From NCBI GenBank assembly GCA_963666365.2, contig CAXXNF010000002.1, forward strand, positions 448,001-512,000: a DNA stretch of 64,000 nucleotides, in the 5' to 3' direction. How positions within the stretch are numbered: position 1 is the first letter of the stretch; each line of letters opens with the position of its first letter. A model generated the notes under the pieces. The model did no database searches and had not been told where the DNA came from. It was given only the letters and a program-made list of their open reading frames with translations. The position numbers and the translations under genes are program-made. Shown here one piece after another: positions 19,802 through 29,637 of the stretch. Source of the stretch: Syntrophales bacterium (GTDB lineage: Bacteria; Desulfobacterota; Syntrophia; Syntrophales; UBA2210).

Positions 19802-20530
19802 TCAGGCGGGAAACGGGGGTTCCGTAATGGAATGCTTTTGGAGGATGAAAAGATGGGCGATGCCCCAGAAAAGCTGTCGGGAATGCCGGATGAGATATCC
19901 ATGATGCTGCATCAACTCCTTGAGTTCATCGGGTGAAGAAAAACCCAGAACGGAGTCGCATAAATATCGGTATGCCTTGTTGTTGCCGGACATATGACCG
20001 CCGATAAGGGGAAGCAGTTGCGTGAAATATGCCATATAAAGCCGACGGAGAAGAGAATTGGAGGGCAGGGAAAATTCAAGGACCGCCACTCGGCCCTCCT
20101 CGGCAAGCACACGAAACACCTCGTCGAGAAAGTCTTCCACCCGGATCATGTTGCGGATGCCAAAGGCCACCATTGCGCGATCGAAGACGCCGTCCCTGAA
20201 GGGTAATCTGAGGGCGTCTCCCCTGATAAAAAGGGCCCGGTCGGCAAATCCCCCTCGATCCATCTTGGGTGCGGCGATTGAAAGCATTTCGCCCGATAGA
20301 TCCACTCCCGCGACAGTGCAACGCGCCTTCGAGAGCGCGAGCAGCGCCAGGTCGCCCGTTCCCGTGGCAATATCAAGTACCCGATGGCCGTCCTTCACGT
20401 CAAGAAATCGAATGGCGCTTCGTCTCCACACCTGGTCCGTAGAGAGGGATAAAATTCTGTTCAATCTGTCATAGGTGGCTGCAATTCCGTCGAACATGCC
20501 GCCTATTGTCGAAGGTTCTTTGTCGAGCAT
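19802..20530 (-). CDS. menG: Demethylmenaquinone/ubiquinone methyltransferase (MenG/UbiE)
   Basis: MFDGIAATYDRLNRILS, LDIATGTGD, GDALRLPF, AFGIRN, AYRYL.DS. Confidence 0.9.
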   Translation of the reverse strand: MLDKEPSTIGGMFDGIAATYDRLNRILSLSTDQVWRRSAIRFLDVKDGHRVLDIATGTGDLALLALSKARCTVAGVDLSGEMLSIAAPKMDRGGFADRALFIRGDALRLPFRDGVFDRAMVAFGIRNMIRVEDFLDEVFRVLAEEGRVAVLEFSLPSNSLLRRLYMAYFTQLLPLIGGHMSGNNKAYRYLCDSVLGFSSPDELKELMQHHGYLIRHSRQLFWGIAHLFILQKHSITEPPFPA

Positions 20531-20637
20531 TCTGTGATGAAAGTACCCTTGGCCGGGGTGAATGTCCGAGCCGGTGTACTCCTGAATATTTTTGCCCCTC
20601 TATAAATCTATGGGCAGTTCCGGTCAACCTTTTTTTG

Positions 20638-20672
20638 CTGATCGACCCTCTCTGCCAGAGAGGGTCGATCAG
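20638..20672. repeat. Perfect 17-bp inverted repeat with 1-nt spacer
   Basis: CTGATCGACCCTCTCTG-C-CAGAGAGGGTCGATCAG in the divergent menG/padR intergenic region. Confidence 0.85.
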
Positions 20673-20799
20673 GAAGGAGGCACATCAAAAAAATGCGAGA
20701 CACGCTCAAGATGAGCTTGACAAATATTTTTCAGTAATATACTTTCTCGCACACTATAGTCATAGAAAAGTAGTTGCTGGAGAGTATAGAGAGCAGCAG

Positions 20800-21330
20800 A
20801 TGGATACAGGAATGATGATTCTCGGCTTTCTCATGTCAGGGCCGAAAACAGGATACAAAATACGTCGTATTACCGGCAAGTTAATGATGGCCTATAACCT
20901 GAGCCTGAATCAGATTTATCCGGCGTTGAGAAAACTCGAATCCACGGGTCTGGTAAAAAAGGAGGTGGTTTTTCAAACGGGGAAACCGAACAAGCACGTC
21001 TACACCATAACGCCGGAAGGGCGAGATGCCTTTGAGAAAAAACTGAAAGGACCCCCGATTCCTGTGGACTATGAGCTTGACTTTCTTACGCGAATGTTTT
21101 TTTTCCGATTCCTTGATAAGGATGAGATCGTGCGGCAGTTCGAGCAGGAAATCAGCTCTCTCGATGAGCAGCTTGAGGATCTTGACCAGATCAAACCTGA
21201 ATCAGAGCGTGAAGGGGACGAGAACGGGCGGTTTATTTTCTCGACCATTGTGAGCATGATAGAAATGCTGAAGGACAGATACGCGGCTGAACTTGAAAGA
21301 CGGAAGAAAAAAATGACGATGCACACGTAG
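20800..21330 (+). CDS. PadR-family transcriptional regulator
   Basis: ILGFL..PKTGY, QIYPALRKLE..GLV, PNKHVYTIT.EGR. Start set at ATG 20800, downstream of TTGACA at 20717. Confidence 0.9.
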   Translation: MDTGMMILGFLMSGPKTGYKIRRITGKLMMAYNLSLNQIYPALRKLESTGLVKKEVVFQTGKPNKHVYTITPEGRDAFEKKLKGPPIPVDYELDFLTRMFFFRFLDKDEIVRQFEQEISSLDEQLEDLDQIKPESEREGDENGRFIFSTIVSMIEMLKDRYAAELERRKKKMTMHT

Positions 21331-21386
21331 ACACTCAGATGTCCTACGGTTGCAGAACGATCTACCAGTACCAGTGGGAGGGATGT

Positions 21387-22829
21387 ATGGAAAGGTTTTT
21401 CAGTCCTCGATCCGTTGCGGTTATCGGCGCTTCAAACAAGGCGTTCAACCTCGCTGCAACAATCTGCGGCGTTCTGAAATCCATAGACTACGAGGGATCA
21501 GTCTATGCCGTCAATAAAAAAGCCGAATCCGTGCACGGGTATCCCGGCTATGCGTCCGTGCTGGATGTGCCCGGCGATGTCGATCTTGCAGTGATTTTAA
21601 TTGCCGCGTCCTACGTGCCTCAGGTGGCGCGAGAGTGCGGTGAAAAAGGGATCAAGAATCTTATTGTGGAAAGTGCGGGGTTTGCTGAAGGAGGGGCCGA
21701 AGGGGGCAAGCTTCAGCACGAGTTGAATGAACTTGCAAAGAGCTATGGCATTCGCTACATGGGGCCAAACTGTCTTGGGGTGATGAGCACCCATGATCGG
21801 TTCTGCTGCTTTTTTGGAATGACGTCGGGTATGGATCATCAGAGTGTGATGCGACAGGGGGGTATTTCCTACGTGATTCAAAGCGGCGGCGTCGGCGGCC
21901 TCGTCATGGAGTCGCTTGATTCGGACGTGGTGGGACTTAACAAGGTGGTCTGCATCGGGAACAAGGCCGATGTGGATGAAGCCGATCTTGTCGATTATTT
22001 CGGAAGCGACAGGACCGAAGTAATCTGTATGTACCTTGAAAATGTCGCCAAGGGGCGTAAATTTTTCGAATCTGCACGAAAATCGACAAAACCGATTCTT
22101 GTCTATAAGGTAGGGAGAACGAGGGAAGGCGCCCGTGCCGCTACCTCTCATACGGCCGGAATGGCAAATAACGATGTCATATTTGACAGAGCATGCAGAC
22201 AATCGGGAATTATTCGTCTGAAATCAATATCCGAACTTTACTCGCTCCCCAAAATGTTTGTTTCGATGCCGCTCCTGAAGGGCAGGAGGATTGCGATATT
22301 TACCAACTCGGGTGCCTTTGGAGGGATCACGGCCGACTTTATCGTTGACGCAGGGTTGCAGATGGCACGACTCGGGGCCGGAACAAAAGAAAAACTTCAA
22401 AAGGCGGGTCAGCTTTTCAACGCCTCAAATCCTGTCGACCTTGGACCGGGACTTTCGAAGCAGAGCTATCTTGATATTTATGAAATTCTTTTATCCGCCC
22501 CGGAGGTGGACGGACTGATGCCCATCCCCAGTGTCTGGCAGGACTTCATCATCGATTCCATGGCGGATCTTATGGAAATATGTAAGAAGCATCAAAAACC
22601 GGCGGCGATTTATGTTCCCAACGCGCTGAAGAGGATTATCTCGATACGAAGCGAACGGCAGATTCCCATTTTTGAATCACCGGAGGAGGCAGTGCGCGCA
22701 CTGTCGGTCTCGTATCAGTATTATCGCGCCCACTCACGGCATGCTGTAAGAAACATCGATGAAGCGTCCCATGAGGGACAAGGGGGTTCTCACTACTTAT
22801 TACAGGAAAAGGAAGCCAAGGTGGCGTGA
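21387..22829 (+). CDS. Acyl-CoA synthetase (NDP-forming) alpha-like CoA-binding protein
   Basis: PRSVAVIGAS, SAGFAE, GPNCLG, QSGG, GNKADV, phospho-His motif SHTA, NPVDL; no ATP-grasp domain. Confidence 0.88.
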   Translation: MERFFSPRSVAVIGASNKAFNLAATICGVLKSIDYEGSVYAVNKKAESVHGYPGYASVLDVPGDVDLAVILIAASYVPQVARECGEKGIKNLIVESAGFAEGGAEGGKLQHELNELAKSYGIRYMGPNCLGVMSTHDRFCCFFGMTSGMDHQSVMRQGGISYVIQSGGVGGLVMESLDSDVVGLNKVVCIGNKADVDEADLVDYFGSDRTEVICMYLENVAKGRKFFESARKSTKPILVYKVGRTREGARAATSHTAGMANNDVIFDRACRQSGIIRLKSISELYSLPKMFVSMPLLKGRRIAIFTNSGAFGGITADFIVDAGLQMARLGAGTKEKLQKAGQLFNASNPVDLGPGLSKQSYLDIYEILLSAPEVDGLMPIPSVWQDFIIDSMADLMEICKKHQKPAAIYVPNALKRIISIRSERQIPIFESPEEAVRALSVSYQYYRAHSRHAVRNIDEASHEGQGGSHYLLQEKEAKVA

Positions 22830-22881
22830 GCATGCAGTTGTTTGAAGAGTGCCTGCATGCGATGACACATCGGAGGGAGCG

Positions 22882-24459
22882 ATGAAAATAAGCCGTGTCG
22901 AAGAAATGAGGGAATTGGACAGAGGCGCCGTCTCGATATACGGAATCGACGAAATCCTGTTGATGGAAAATGCCGGCGAATCCACCTATTTTGTCATTGC
23001 AAACGAGATGGGCGGCGTGTGCGGAAAAAAGTATGTGGTGCTGTGCGGGGCGGGCAACAATGGCGGTGACGGCTGTGTGGTTGCACGCAAGCTTCACTCC
23101 GGCGGCGGGCGCGTGAAGGTAATTCTGCTTGCCGATCCCGCGAAATTCAGCGGTATTGCGAGAAAGAATCTTGAAATAGTCGAAAAGCTGTCCATCGAAA
23201 TCATTACACACAGTGCTGCTGCGGAGGTGGCGCGCCATATTGCCGAATCCGATGCAGTGGTCGATGCAATCTTCGGAACGGGATTAACGCGTGAAGTAGG
23301 AGGCATCTACGCCGATGTGGTGCGACTTGTCAATGCCGGCAATGCACCCGTCTTCTGTGTGGATATTCCTTCGGGCATAGCGGGTGATACGGGAAAAATT
23401 ATGGGGGTGGCGATAAAGGGAACCTGCACCGTCACCTATGGTCTTCCCAAAATCGGTGCTATGCTCTATCCCGGATATGAATACTGTGGAAAGCTCTTCG
23501 TAAGTCACATATCTTTTCCCCCCTGTCATTATGACGGCGATCATATCAAATGCGCCGTGAACGACCCTCCCGCACTCCCGCAGAGGGTGGCAAGCGGACA
23601 TAAAGGAGATTTCGGAAAGGCGCTTTTTATTGCCGGCGCTGCTGCCTATTACGGTGCACCCTATCTGTCGTCATTGGCATTTCTTCGCGCAGGAGGGGGA
23701 TATGCACGATTGGCAACCCCGAAATCCCTTGCACCCTGCATTGCGGGCAGGGGTTATGAGATTGTATTCCTCCCGCAGGAAGAAACGGCGGCGGGAAGCA
23801 TCGCCCGCGGTAATGCCGATGCACTTCTTGAGCAGGCGGATCAGTCGGATTTTGTGGTAATAGGACCTGGGTTGTCGCTTGCGGAAGATACACAGAAGCT
23901 GGTGCGGGAACTCGTACCGCTCATCAACACGCCACTGCTCCTGGACGGAGACGGCATTACCGCTGTTTGTAGAGATCTTGAAATCATAAAAAAACGAAAA
24001 GCGCCTACCATCTTAACACCGCACCTCGGCGAAATGTCGCGAATAACGGGAATCCCGGCGAAAGAAATCGACGAGCGCAAGGTTGACGTGCTGCAGCAGT
24101 CGACTGACGCATTGCAGTCGATAATTGTTCTGAAGGGCGCCCACTCTCTGATAGGCATGCCTGACGGGCGTGTATATGTGAACCTGAGCGGGAATTCAGG
24201 GATGGCGACCGCAGGTTCGGGCGACGTCTTGACAGGCGCCATCGCCGCGATGTTCGGTCTCGGATTGAATGTGGAAGATGCCGCGAAAAAGGGCGTATTC
24301 ATCCATGGCTGTGCCGGCGATCTTGCAGCGACGGTTTTGGGGCAAGATGGCATGACGGCACAGGACATACTCGACTATCTGCCCCGGGCGGTCAAAGGGG
24401 ACAGGGAAGGTTTTGATGAGACGCAGTGCCGGCGGTACAAGGGGCCGATTGTGGTATGA
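22882..24459 (+). CDS. nnr: Bifunctional NAD(P)HX epimerase/dehydratase
   Basis: LMENAG, GNNGGDG, DAIFGTG, DIPSG (YjeF-N); HKGDFG, GPGL, TPHLGE, LKGA, ATAGSGDVL (YjeF-C). Confidence 0.95.
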   Translation: MKISRVEEMRELDRGAVSIYGIDEILLMENAGESTYFVIANEMGGVCGKKYVVLCGAGNNGGDGCVVARKLHSGGGRVKVILLADPAKFSGIARKNLEIVEKLSIEIITHSAAAEVARHIAESDAVVDAIFGTGLTREVGGIYADVVRLVNAGNAPVFCVDIPSGIAGDTGKIMGVAIKGTCTVTYGLPKIGAMLYPGYEYCGKLFVSHISFPPCHYDGDHIKCAVNDPPALPQRVASGHKGDFGKALFIAGAAAYYGAPYLSSLAFLRAGGGYARLATPKSLAPCIAGRGYEIVFLPQEETAAGSIARGNADALLEQADQSDFVVIGPGLSLAEDTQKLVRELVPLINTPLLLDGDGITAVCRDLEIIKKRKAPTILTPHLGEMSRITGIPAKEIDERKVDVLQQSTDALQSIIVLKGAHSLIGMPDGRVYVNLSGNSGMATAGSGDVLTGAIAAMFGLGLNVEDAAKKGVFIHGCAGDLAATVLGQDGMTAQDILDYLPRAVKGDREGFDETQCRRYKGPIVV

Positions 24460-24480
24460 CAGGGTGTCGGCACGTTCTTA

Positions 24481-25569
24481 TCACAGAGGGGATGTCTTCA
24501 GAGTGTACTGGATAATCACGTATGCCATATACAGCGCGAGAAGCCACGCTCCCTGCCATCGTTTAAAGGAGCCGTCGCGATTCATAAAAATAAATACTCG
24601 AAAAGAATAAAGAATAAGCAGCATTGCAGGAAAGTGAAAAAAATAAAAATTGCCGGGGACGGCAAGAGGTCGTACCACTGCTGATGCGCCGATTACAAAG
24701 AGACAGTTAAGAACGTCGGCGCCGACAATATTGCCGACAGTTATTTCGGGATGCCCTTTTCGTATCGCCGTAATGGCGGTAATCAATTCGGGAAGTGACG
24801 TGCCGAGGGCGACCATCGTGGCCGCGATGACATCGTTGGGCACTCCCAGTCGCAATGCCGTTTCGGCAGCGCAGGGGATCAGCCCCCTGGCGCCGACGAT
24901 CACAAAGGTAAGGCCGCCGATGATGTAGATCCAGCACTTCGGCAGGGGCCAGGGAGCGTGAGTCGGAAGAGTGTCTTCCAGAGGGGTGAGTATCAGTGAT
25001 TCACGGGCCCAGCGCATCGTAACGACGATGTAAAGCACAAGAAGGGTCAGGAACAAAATTCCCACCCACCGGGATAAAAAGGGGGCTTCCGGCGCCATGA
25101 CGAGGGATATGACGGCAATGAGGACGAGCAGCGTTGCCGATCCCACCTGCACCCACCCTGTCCGATTCAGGATATATCGGTTCGCCGGTGTTGCGGCGAT
25201 GAGACAGGTAAGGCCGAATATCAATCCTGTATCGGCAATGATAGAGCCGACCCCGTTCCCCAGGGCGAGGCCGGGATTTCCCATCCAGGCGGCGAGCACC
25301 GACACGAAAGCCTCGGGGGTCGTTGTTCCCAATGATACGATGGTGGCGCCGATGGCGATTTGGGATATGCCCGTTCGTGTTGCTATTGCCACGGCCCCGT
25401 CAACCATCCAATCGGCGCCTTTCGAGAGAATGGCGATACAGACGATGATCACGGTCAAGAGGAGCATTAGGGGAAGACCCGCGAACAGGTCGGCGAGCAG
25501 CGTTTCGTCCAAAAGCACCCGAAATAAATACATGCGTAAATTCTTCTTCCTTTCCCTGAGAGCGTTCAT
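24481..25569 (-). CDS. Calcium/sodium antiporter (CaCA, YrbG-like)
   Basis: Duplicated alpha repeats GTTTPE and GTSLPE, GNGVGS and GNIVGA, about 10 TM segments. Exact start uncertain. Confidence 0.9.
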   Translation of the reverse strand: MNALRERKKNLRMYLFRVLLDETLLADLFAGLPLMLLLTVIIVCIAILSKGADWMVDGAVAIATRTGISQIAIGATIVSLGTTTPEAFVSVLAAWMGNPGLALGNGVGSIIADTGLIFGLTCLIAATPANRYILNRTGWVQVGSATLLVLIAVISLVMAPEAPFLSRWVGILFLTLLVLYIVVTMRWARESLILTPLEDTLPTHAPWPLPKCWIYIIGGLTFVIVGARGLIPCAAETALRLGVPNDVIAATMVALGTSLPELITAITAIRKGHPEITVGNIVGADVLNCLFVIGASAVVRPLAVPGNFYFFHFPAMLLILYSFRVFIFMNRDGSFKRWQGAWLLALYMAYVIIQYTLKTSPL

Positions 25570-25773
25570 TCCCTTGGCGACATCCGGGATATGTTCCCGA
25601 GTATGCCACAGCGAATGATTCTCTTCAAGAAGAGTAATATATTATTGATTATTTACATAAAATATGTCATTCATTACCGGCTTTCGTCTTCACTGTACAG
25701 CGAAGCAGGCAGAAATGCTGAAAGTTCCTGAAATTAAAGCAGTATATTATCAAACTAGGGAGGACTCCATTCC

Positions 25774-26058
25774 ATGACACTCACAAAAGCGGATTTGGTC
25801 AAGGCCGTACAGTACCAGATTGATGTTCCGAACAACAAGGCGGCGGAGATATGCGAATCTGTCTTTGAAATTATCAAAGAATCTCTGGAACATGGTGAGG
25901 ACGTGATGATTTCCGGTTTCGGAAAATTCTCGGTGCGTGAAAAAAGTGCGCGCAGGGGAAGAAATCCGCAGACCGGGGAAAGCATGACGATAGAGGCCCG
26001 AAAAGTGGTGACCTTTAAAAACTCAGGAAAAATGAAGGAAAGGCTCTATAACGAGTAA
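25774..26058 (+). CDS. ihfA: Integration host factor alpha subunit (possibly a paralog)
   Basis: MTLTKADL, ISGFGKF, RRGRNPQTGE, ARKVVTFK; RBS GGAGGA. Confidence 0.88.
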   Translation: MTLTKADLVKAVQYQIDVPNNKAAEICESVFEIIKESLEHGEDVMISGFGKFSVREKSARRGRNPQTGESMTIEARKVVTFKNSGKMKERLYNE

Positions 26059-26141
26059 AGAACATCAGTCAATCTTCTTTCCGGAAGGCAGAGGAACGGG
26101 GATTCCCCGGTATTGTACCGTGAAACATATCGGATTGGTTA

Positions 26142-29100
26142 GTGATGCATTCAAGGGTACATTTCTATTCTTGCCGCGTCTTAAAAGTATTCCATGTAAT
26201 CCTGGTGGTTTTTTTCGCGATGTCTGTGCACTGTGCCGCGCACTCTCAGGTATCTCGTCCGGTGAAAGTCGGCATATATCAGAATGAACCAAAGGTATAC
26301 ATCGATTCGGAGGGCAGACCGGCCGGTTTTTTCCCGAAGATCTTGCGCTATATTGCAGAAAAAGAGGGATGGGAACTCCACTATATCCCCTGTACGTGGA
26401 ACGAGTGTCTGAATAAAGCCGAAAGCGGTCAGCTCGATCTCATAATGGATGTTGCCTATTCAGAAGCGCGTGCGAAAAGGTTTAAATTCAACCAGGAAGT
26501 GGTGATGATCAACTGGTCCCGGGTATATACGAGGGATGGCAGCACGATTCGCACCATTATAGATCTGGATGGCAAAAAAGTTGCCCTTGTCGAAGGCTCC
26601 ATTCAGGTCCGAAAGCTGCGTCAAGCTGCCCGGGAATACAACATTCAGCCGGAGTTCATCGAGACGAAAAGTTTTGCAGCCGTATTTGATCTGGTTGAAA
26701 GAGGCGTCGCCGACGCCGGTGTCGTCAACAGGCTTTTCGGCGCGCAGCAGAGGGGTAATTTCGGTATCCGTGCGACGGATATCCTGCTTAATCCTTCACG
26801 ACTGATGTTTGCCGGTTCAGATAAAATGGGTGATGCACTGCTTGACCGCATTGATCTTCATCTGAAAGAACTGAAACAGGATCCACAGTCACTTTATTAC
26901 TCCGCCCTTGAAGAAGCGCTGGCGCCCGCAAAAAAGCCTATCGCGGAGATTCTTTCCCTGAGCAGGGAAGAGTCGGCCTGGCTGAACGCGCATGGGGAAA
27001 TAAAGGTCGCCGTCAACAATGCATGGCCTCCAATGGACTATGTGAATGCAAAGGGCGTCCCCCGTGGGATAGGGGTCGCCTTTATACAGGCATTGAACAG
27101 TCGCCTGGGTGGCAGATTGAAGATCGTGCCTCTCAGCTGGATGGAGATGCTGGAGGACATACGAAAAAAACGCGTTGATGCAGTGATGGACATTACGCCG
27201 AGACCGGATAGAGAGTCCTTTGTACACTTTACGAAGCCCTACTGCACGGTTCCCCATGTCATTGTTGCGCGTAAAGACGGTCCCTATTATGGAGATCTTG
27301 CACAGCTTGAAGGTAAGACGGCAGGTGTGGAACGGGGGTTTTTTCTCGAAAGTGTGTTCAAGGAACGCTACCCTGCCATTGAAGTCACACTGTTCGAAAG
27401 CACCAGCGATGCCCTGGATGCGGTTTCAAAAGGGAGAATCGATGCCTATGTAGGGAATCGCGCCGTCGTCCTCTATATTATGGAACAGGAACTAATTGCG
27501 AATCTGGTTGTCCACGGCAAGATAGAGGAAACGGCGTCCGTCAATGCGATTGGTGTACGCAAGGATTGGCCCGAGCTTCGGGATATTCTGCAAAAGGCAC
27601 TGGATAGTCTTGACAAGAATGAAGAGAGTGCCATCTTCAGAACCGAGATCAACTTCTATGAAGAGTACAGAGGGAGAATTACACTTACCCCGCAGGAGAA
27701 GGCATGGATAACCACACATCCTGTACTCAGTCTCGGCTATGACGCTGACTGGCCGCCCATCGAATACGTCAATAAAGAAGGGCGCTATGCGGGGATGTCG
27801 TCGGAATTTATGAAACTGTTTGCCACGATTACCGGCATTGCCTTCAATCCGGTTGCACCGGGAAACTGGCAGGCTGCCATGGACGGCATCAAAAGGGGGA
27901 ACATAGATATCCTGTTGACGGTGGCCCCTACGCCTCAGCGAGAAAAATTCCTTCTCTTCAGTACACCCTATCTCAGTTTTCCCATGGTGATCGTAACCGA
28001 CCGGGAAGCCCCCTATATCAGCGATATGCAGGCGCTGAAGGGGAAAAAGGTTGTCGTCGTCGGCGCCCATGCCAGTCATGATATTTTGGAGGAGCGACAT
28101 CCGGAGCTCGATTTGGTGGCGGCTGCCACGGTAAAGGAGGGTCTGAATGCGGTGAAGCGTAGAAAGGCCTACGCATTCATCGGCAGCCTTGCAACCGTAA
28201 GCCACATGATCGCAAAGGAAGGTATGCTTACACTCAAGGTTGCCGGAGAAGTTCCCTACAAGTACGATCTCGCCGTCGGTGTGCACAAGAACCAGCCGGT
28301 ACTGGCGGGCATTATGCAGAAGGCCGTTGATGCAATTACCGCGGAGGACCGGAATGAGATCTATCAACGATGGATTGCGGTCACCTATGAACAGCATATG
28401 GATTACGCCCTGTTGGTGAAGATCGTCCTTGGGGCGCTTTTGTGCATCACAGCGGTGCTTTACTGGAACCGTCGCATGGCCCGCGAGATCGGCCTTCGGA
28501 AAAAGGCCGAAGGGGAACTCATGATCGCAAAGGACGTTGCCGAATCCGCCAACAGGGTAAAAAGCGCCTTTCTGGCCAGCATGTCGCATGAACTGCGCAC
28601 CCCGCTCAACTCTATCATCGGATTTACCGGCATCATACTCAACGAGATTGCCGGACCGCTCAACCTCGAGCAGAAGAAGCAGTTGAAAATGGTGAAGGGG
28701 AGCGCCGGCCATCTCCTGAATCTCATCAATGATGTTCTGGATATATCAAAGATAGAGGCGGGGGAACTGAAGCTATCCTGTGAGGAATTCAATATGCGCG
28801 ATGTCGTCGCGGAGGTTGCGGCATCGCTGGCGCCGATTGCCGGGCAGAAAGGATTGTCTTTTACTGTTGATATCGCACCGGATGTAGGCACGATGTTAAG
28901 CGATGAACGCCGTCTGCGGCAGGTGCTTATCAATCTTGTCAACAATGCGATCAAATTTACCGAAAAGGGATCGGTGCACGTTACCTGCGCGAGGCGCGAG
29001 TCCATGATGGATATCACCGTACGAGACAGTGGAATAGGAATCAAAGAGAAGGATATGGACAAGCTGTTTCATCCTTTTCAGCAACTCGACTCAGGAATAT

Positions 29101-29273
29101 CTCGCAGGTACGAGGGCACGGGCTTGGGATTGTCCGTGAGCAAGCACATTATTGAGATGCTGGGCGGCGCTGTTCATGTGGAAAGCCGATTCGGTGAGGG
29201 AAGCATTTTTACATTTACTGTACCGTTGGAGCCGAGAGGAGACGATGGAGAAAAAAAGAATTCTGATTATTGA
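26142..29273 (+). CDS. Membrane sensor histidine kinase with three periplasmic family-3 substrate-binding domains
   Basis: Signal/TM, three PBPb repeats (WPPMDY, WPPIEY, FTKPY), TM, FLASMSHELRTPLN, NAIKFT, DSGIGI, GTGLGL. Confidence 0.93.
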   Translation: MMHSRVHFYSCRVLKVFHVILVVFFAMSVHCAAHSQVSRPVKVGIYQNEPKVYIDSEGRPAGFFPKILRYIAEKEGWELHYIPCTWNECLNKAESGQLDLIMDVAYSEARAKRFKFNQEVVMINWSRVYTRDGSTIRTIIDLDGKKVALVEGSIQVRKLRQAAREYNIQPEFIETKSFAAVFDLVERGVADAGVVNRLFGAQQRGNFGIRATDILLNPSRLMFAGSDKMGDALLDRIDLHLKELKQDPQSLYYSALEEALAPAKKPIAEILSLSREESAWLNAHGEIKVAVNNAWPPMDYVNAKGVPRGIGVAFIQALNSRLGGRLKIVPLSWMEMLEDIRKKRVDAVMDITPRPDRESFVHFTKPYCTVPHVIVARKDGPYYGDLAQLEGKTAGVERGFFLESVFKERYPAIEVTLFESTSDALDAVSKGRIDAYVGNRAVVLYIMEQELIANLVVHGKIEETASVNAIGVRKDWPELRDILQKALDSLDKNEESAIFRTEINFYEEYRGRITLTPQEKAWITTHPVLSLGYDADWPPIEYVNKEGRYAGMSSEFMKLFATITGIAFNPVAPGNWQAAMDGIKRGNIDILLTVAPTPQREKFLLFSTPYLSFPMVIVTDREAPYISDMQALKGKKVVVVGAHASHDILEERHPELDLVAAATVKEGLNAVKRRKAYAFIGSLATVSHMIAKEGMLTLKVAGEVPYKYDLAVGVHKNQPVLAGIMQKAVDAITAEDRNEIYQRWIAVTYEQHMDYALLVKIVLGALLCITAVLYWNRRMAREIGLRKKAEGELMIAKDVAESANRVKSAFLASMSHELRTPLNSIIGFTGIILNEIAGPLNLEQKKQLKMVKGSAGHLLNLINDVLDISKIEAGELKLSCEEFNMRDVVAEVAASLAPIAGQKGLSFTVDIAPDVGTMLSDERRLRQVLINLVNNAIKFTEKGSVHVTCARRESMMDITVRDSGIGIKEKDMDKLFHPFQQLDSGISRRYEGTGLGLSVSKHIIEMLGGAVHVESRFGEGSIFTFTVPLEPRGDDGEKKNSDY

Positions 29274-29637
29274 AGACAATGAGCAGAACATGTATTTAAC
29301 GACCTATCTGCTGGAAAAACAAGGGTATGAAGTACTCCAGGCGCGTGACGGCAGGCACGGGCTGGAAGCAGCCGTGGAGGATCAGCCCGATCTTATCATC
29401 CTGGACATCCAGCTTCCCGTGATGAACGGATATGAAGTGGCCGCCCGATTGAAACAGGACGAAAGAACACAATCCATTCCCGTGGTCGCGGTGACTTCCT
29501 ATGCGATGGCCGGCGATCGCGAAGCGATTCTGGCAGCGGGATGCGAAGGGTACGTAGAAAAGCCGATAGACCCGGACGGGTTTGTCGCGCTGGTGAAGGG
29601 ATTTTTGAACCAGCAACAAAAGGAAGGGGCCCGATGA
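29245..29637 (+). CDS. Single-domain response regulator (DivK-like)
   Basis: ILIIEDN, LDIQLP, AVTSYAM.GDRE, KPID. Confidence 0.92.
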   Translation: MEKKRILIIEDNEQNMYLTTYLLEKQGYEVLQARDGRHGLEAAVEDQPDLIILDIQLPVMNGYEVAARLKQDERTQSIPVVAVTSYAMAGDREAILAAGCEGYVEKPIDPDGFVALVKGFLNQQQKEGAR

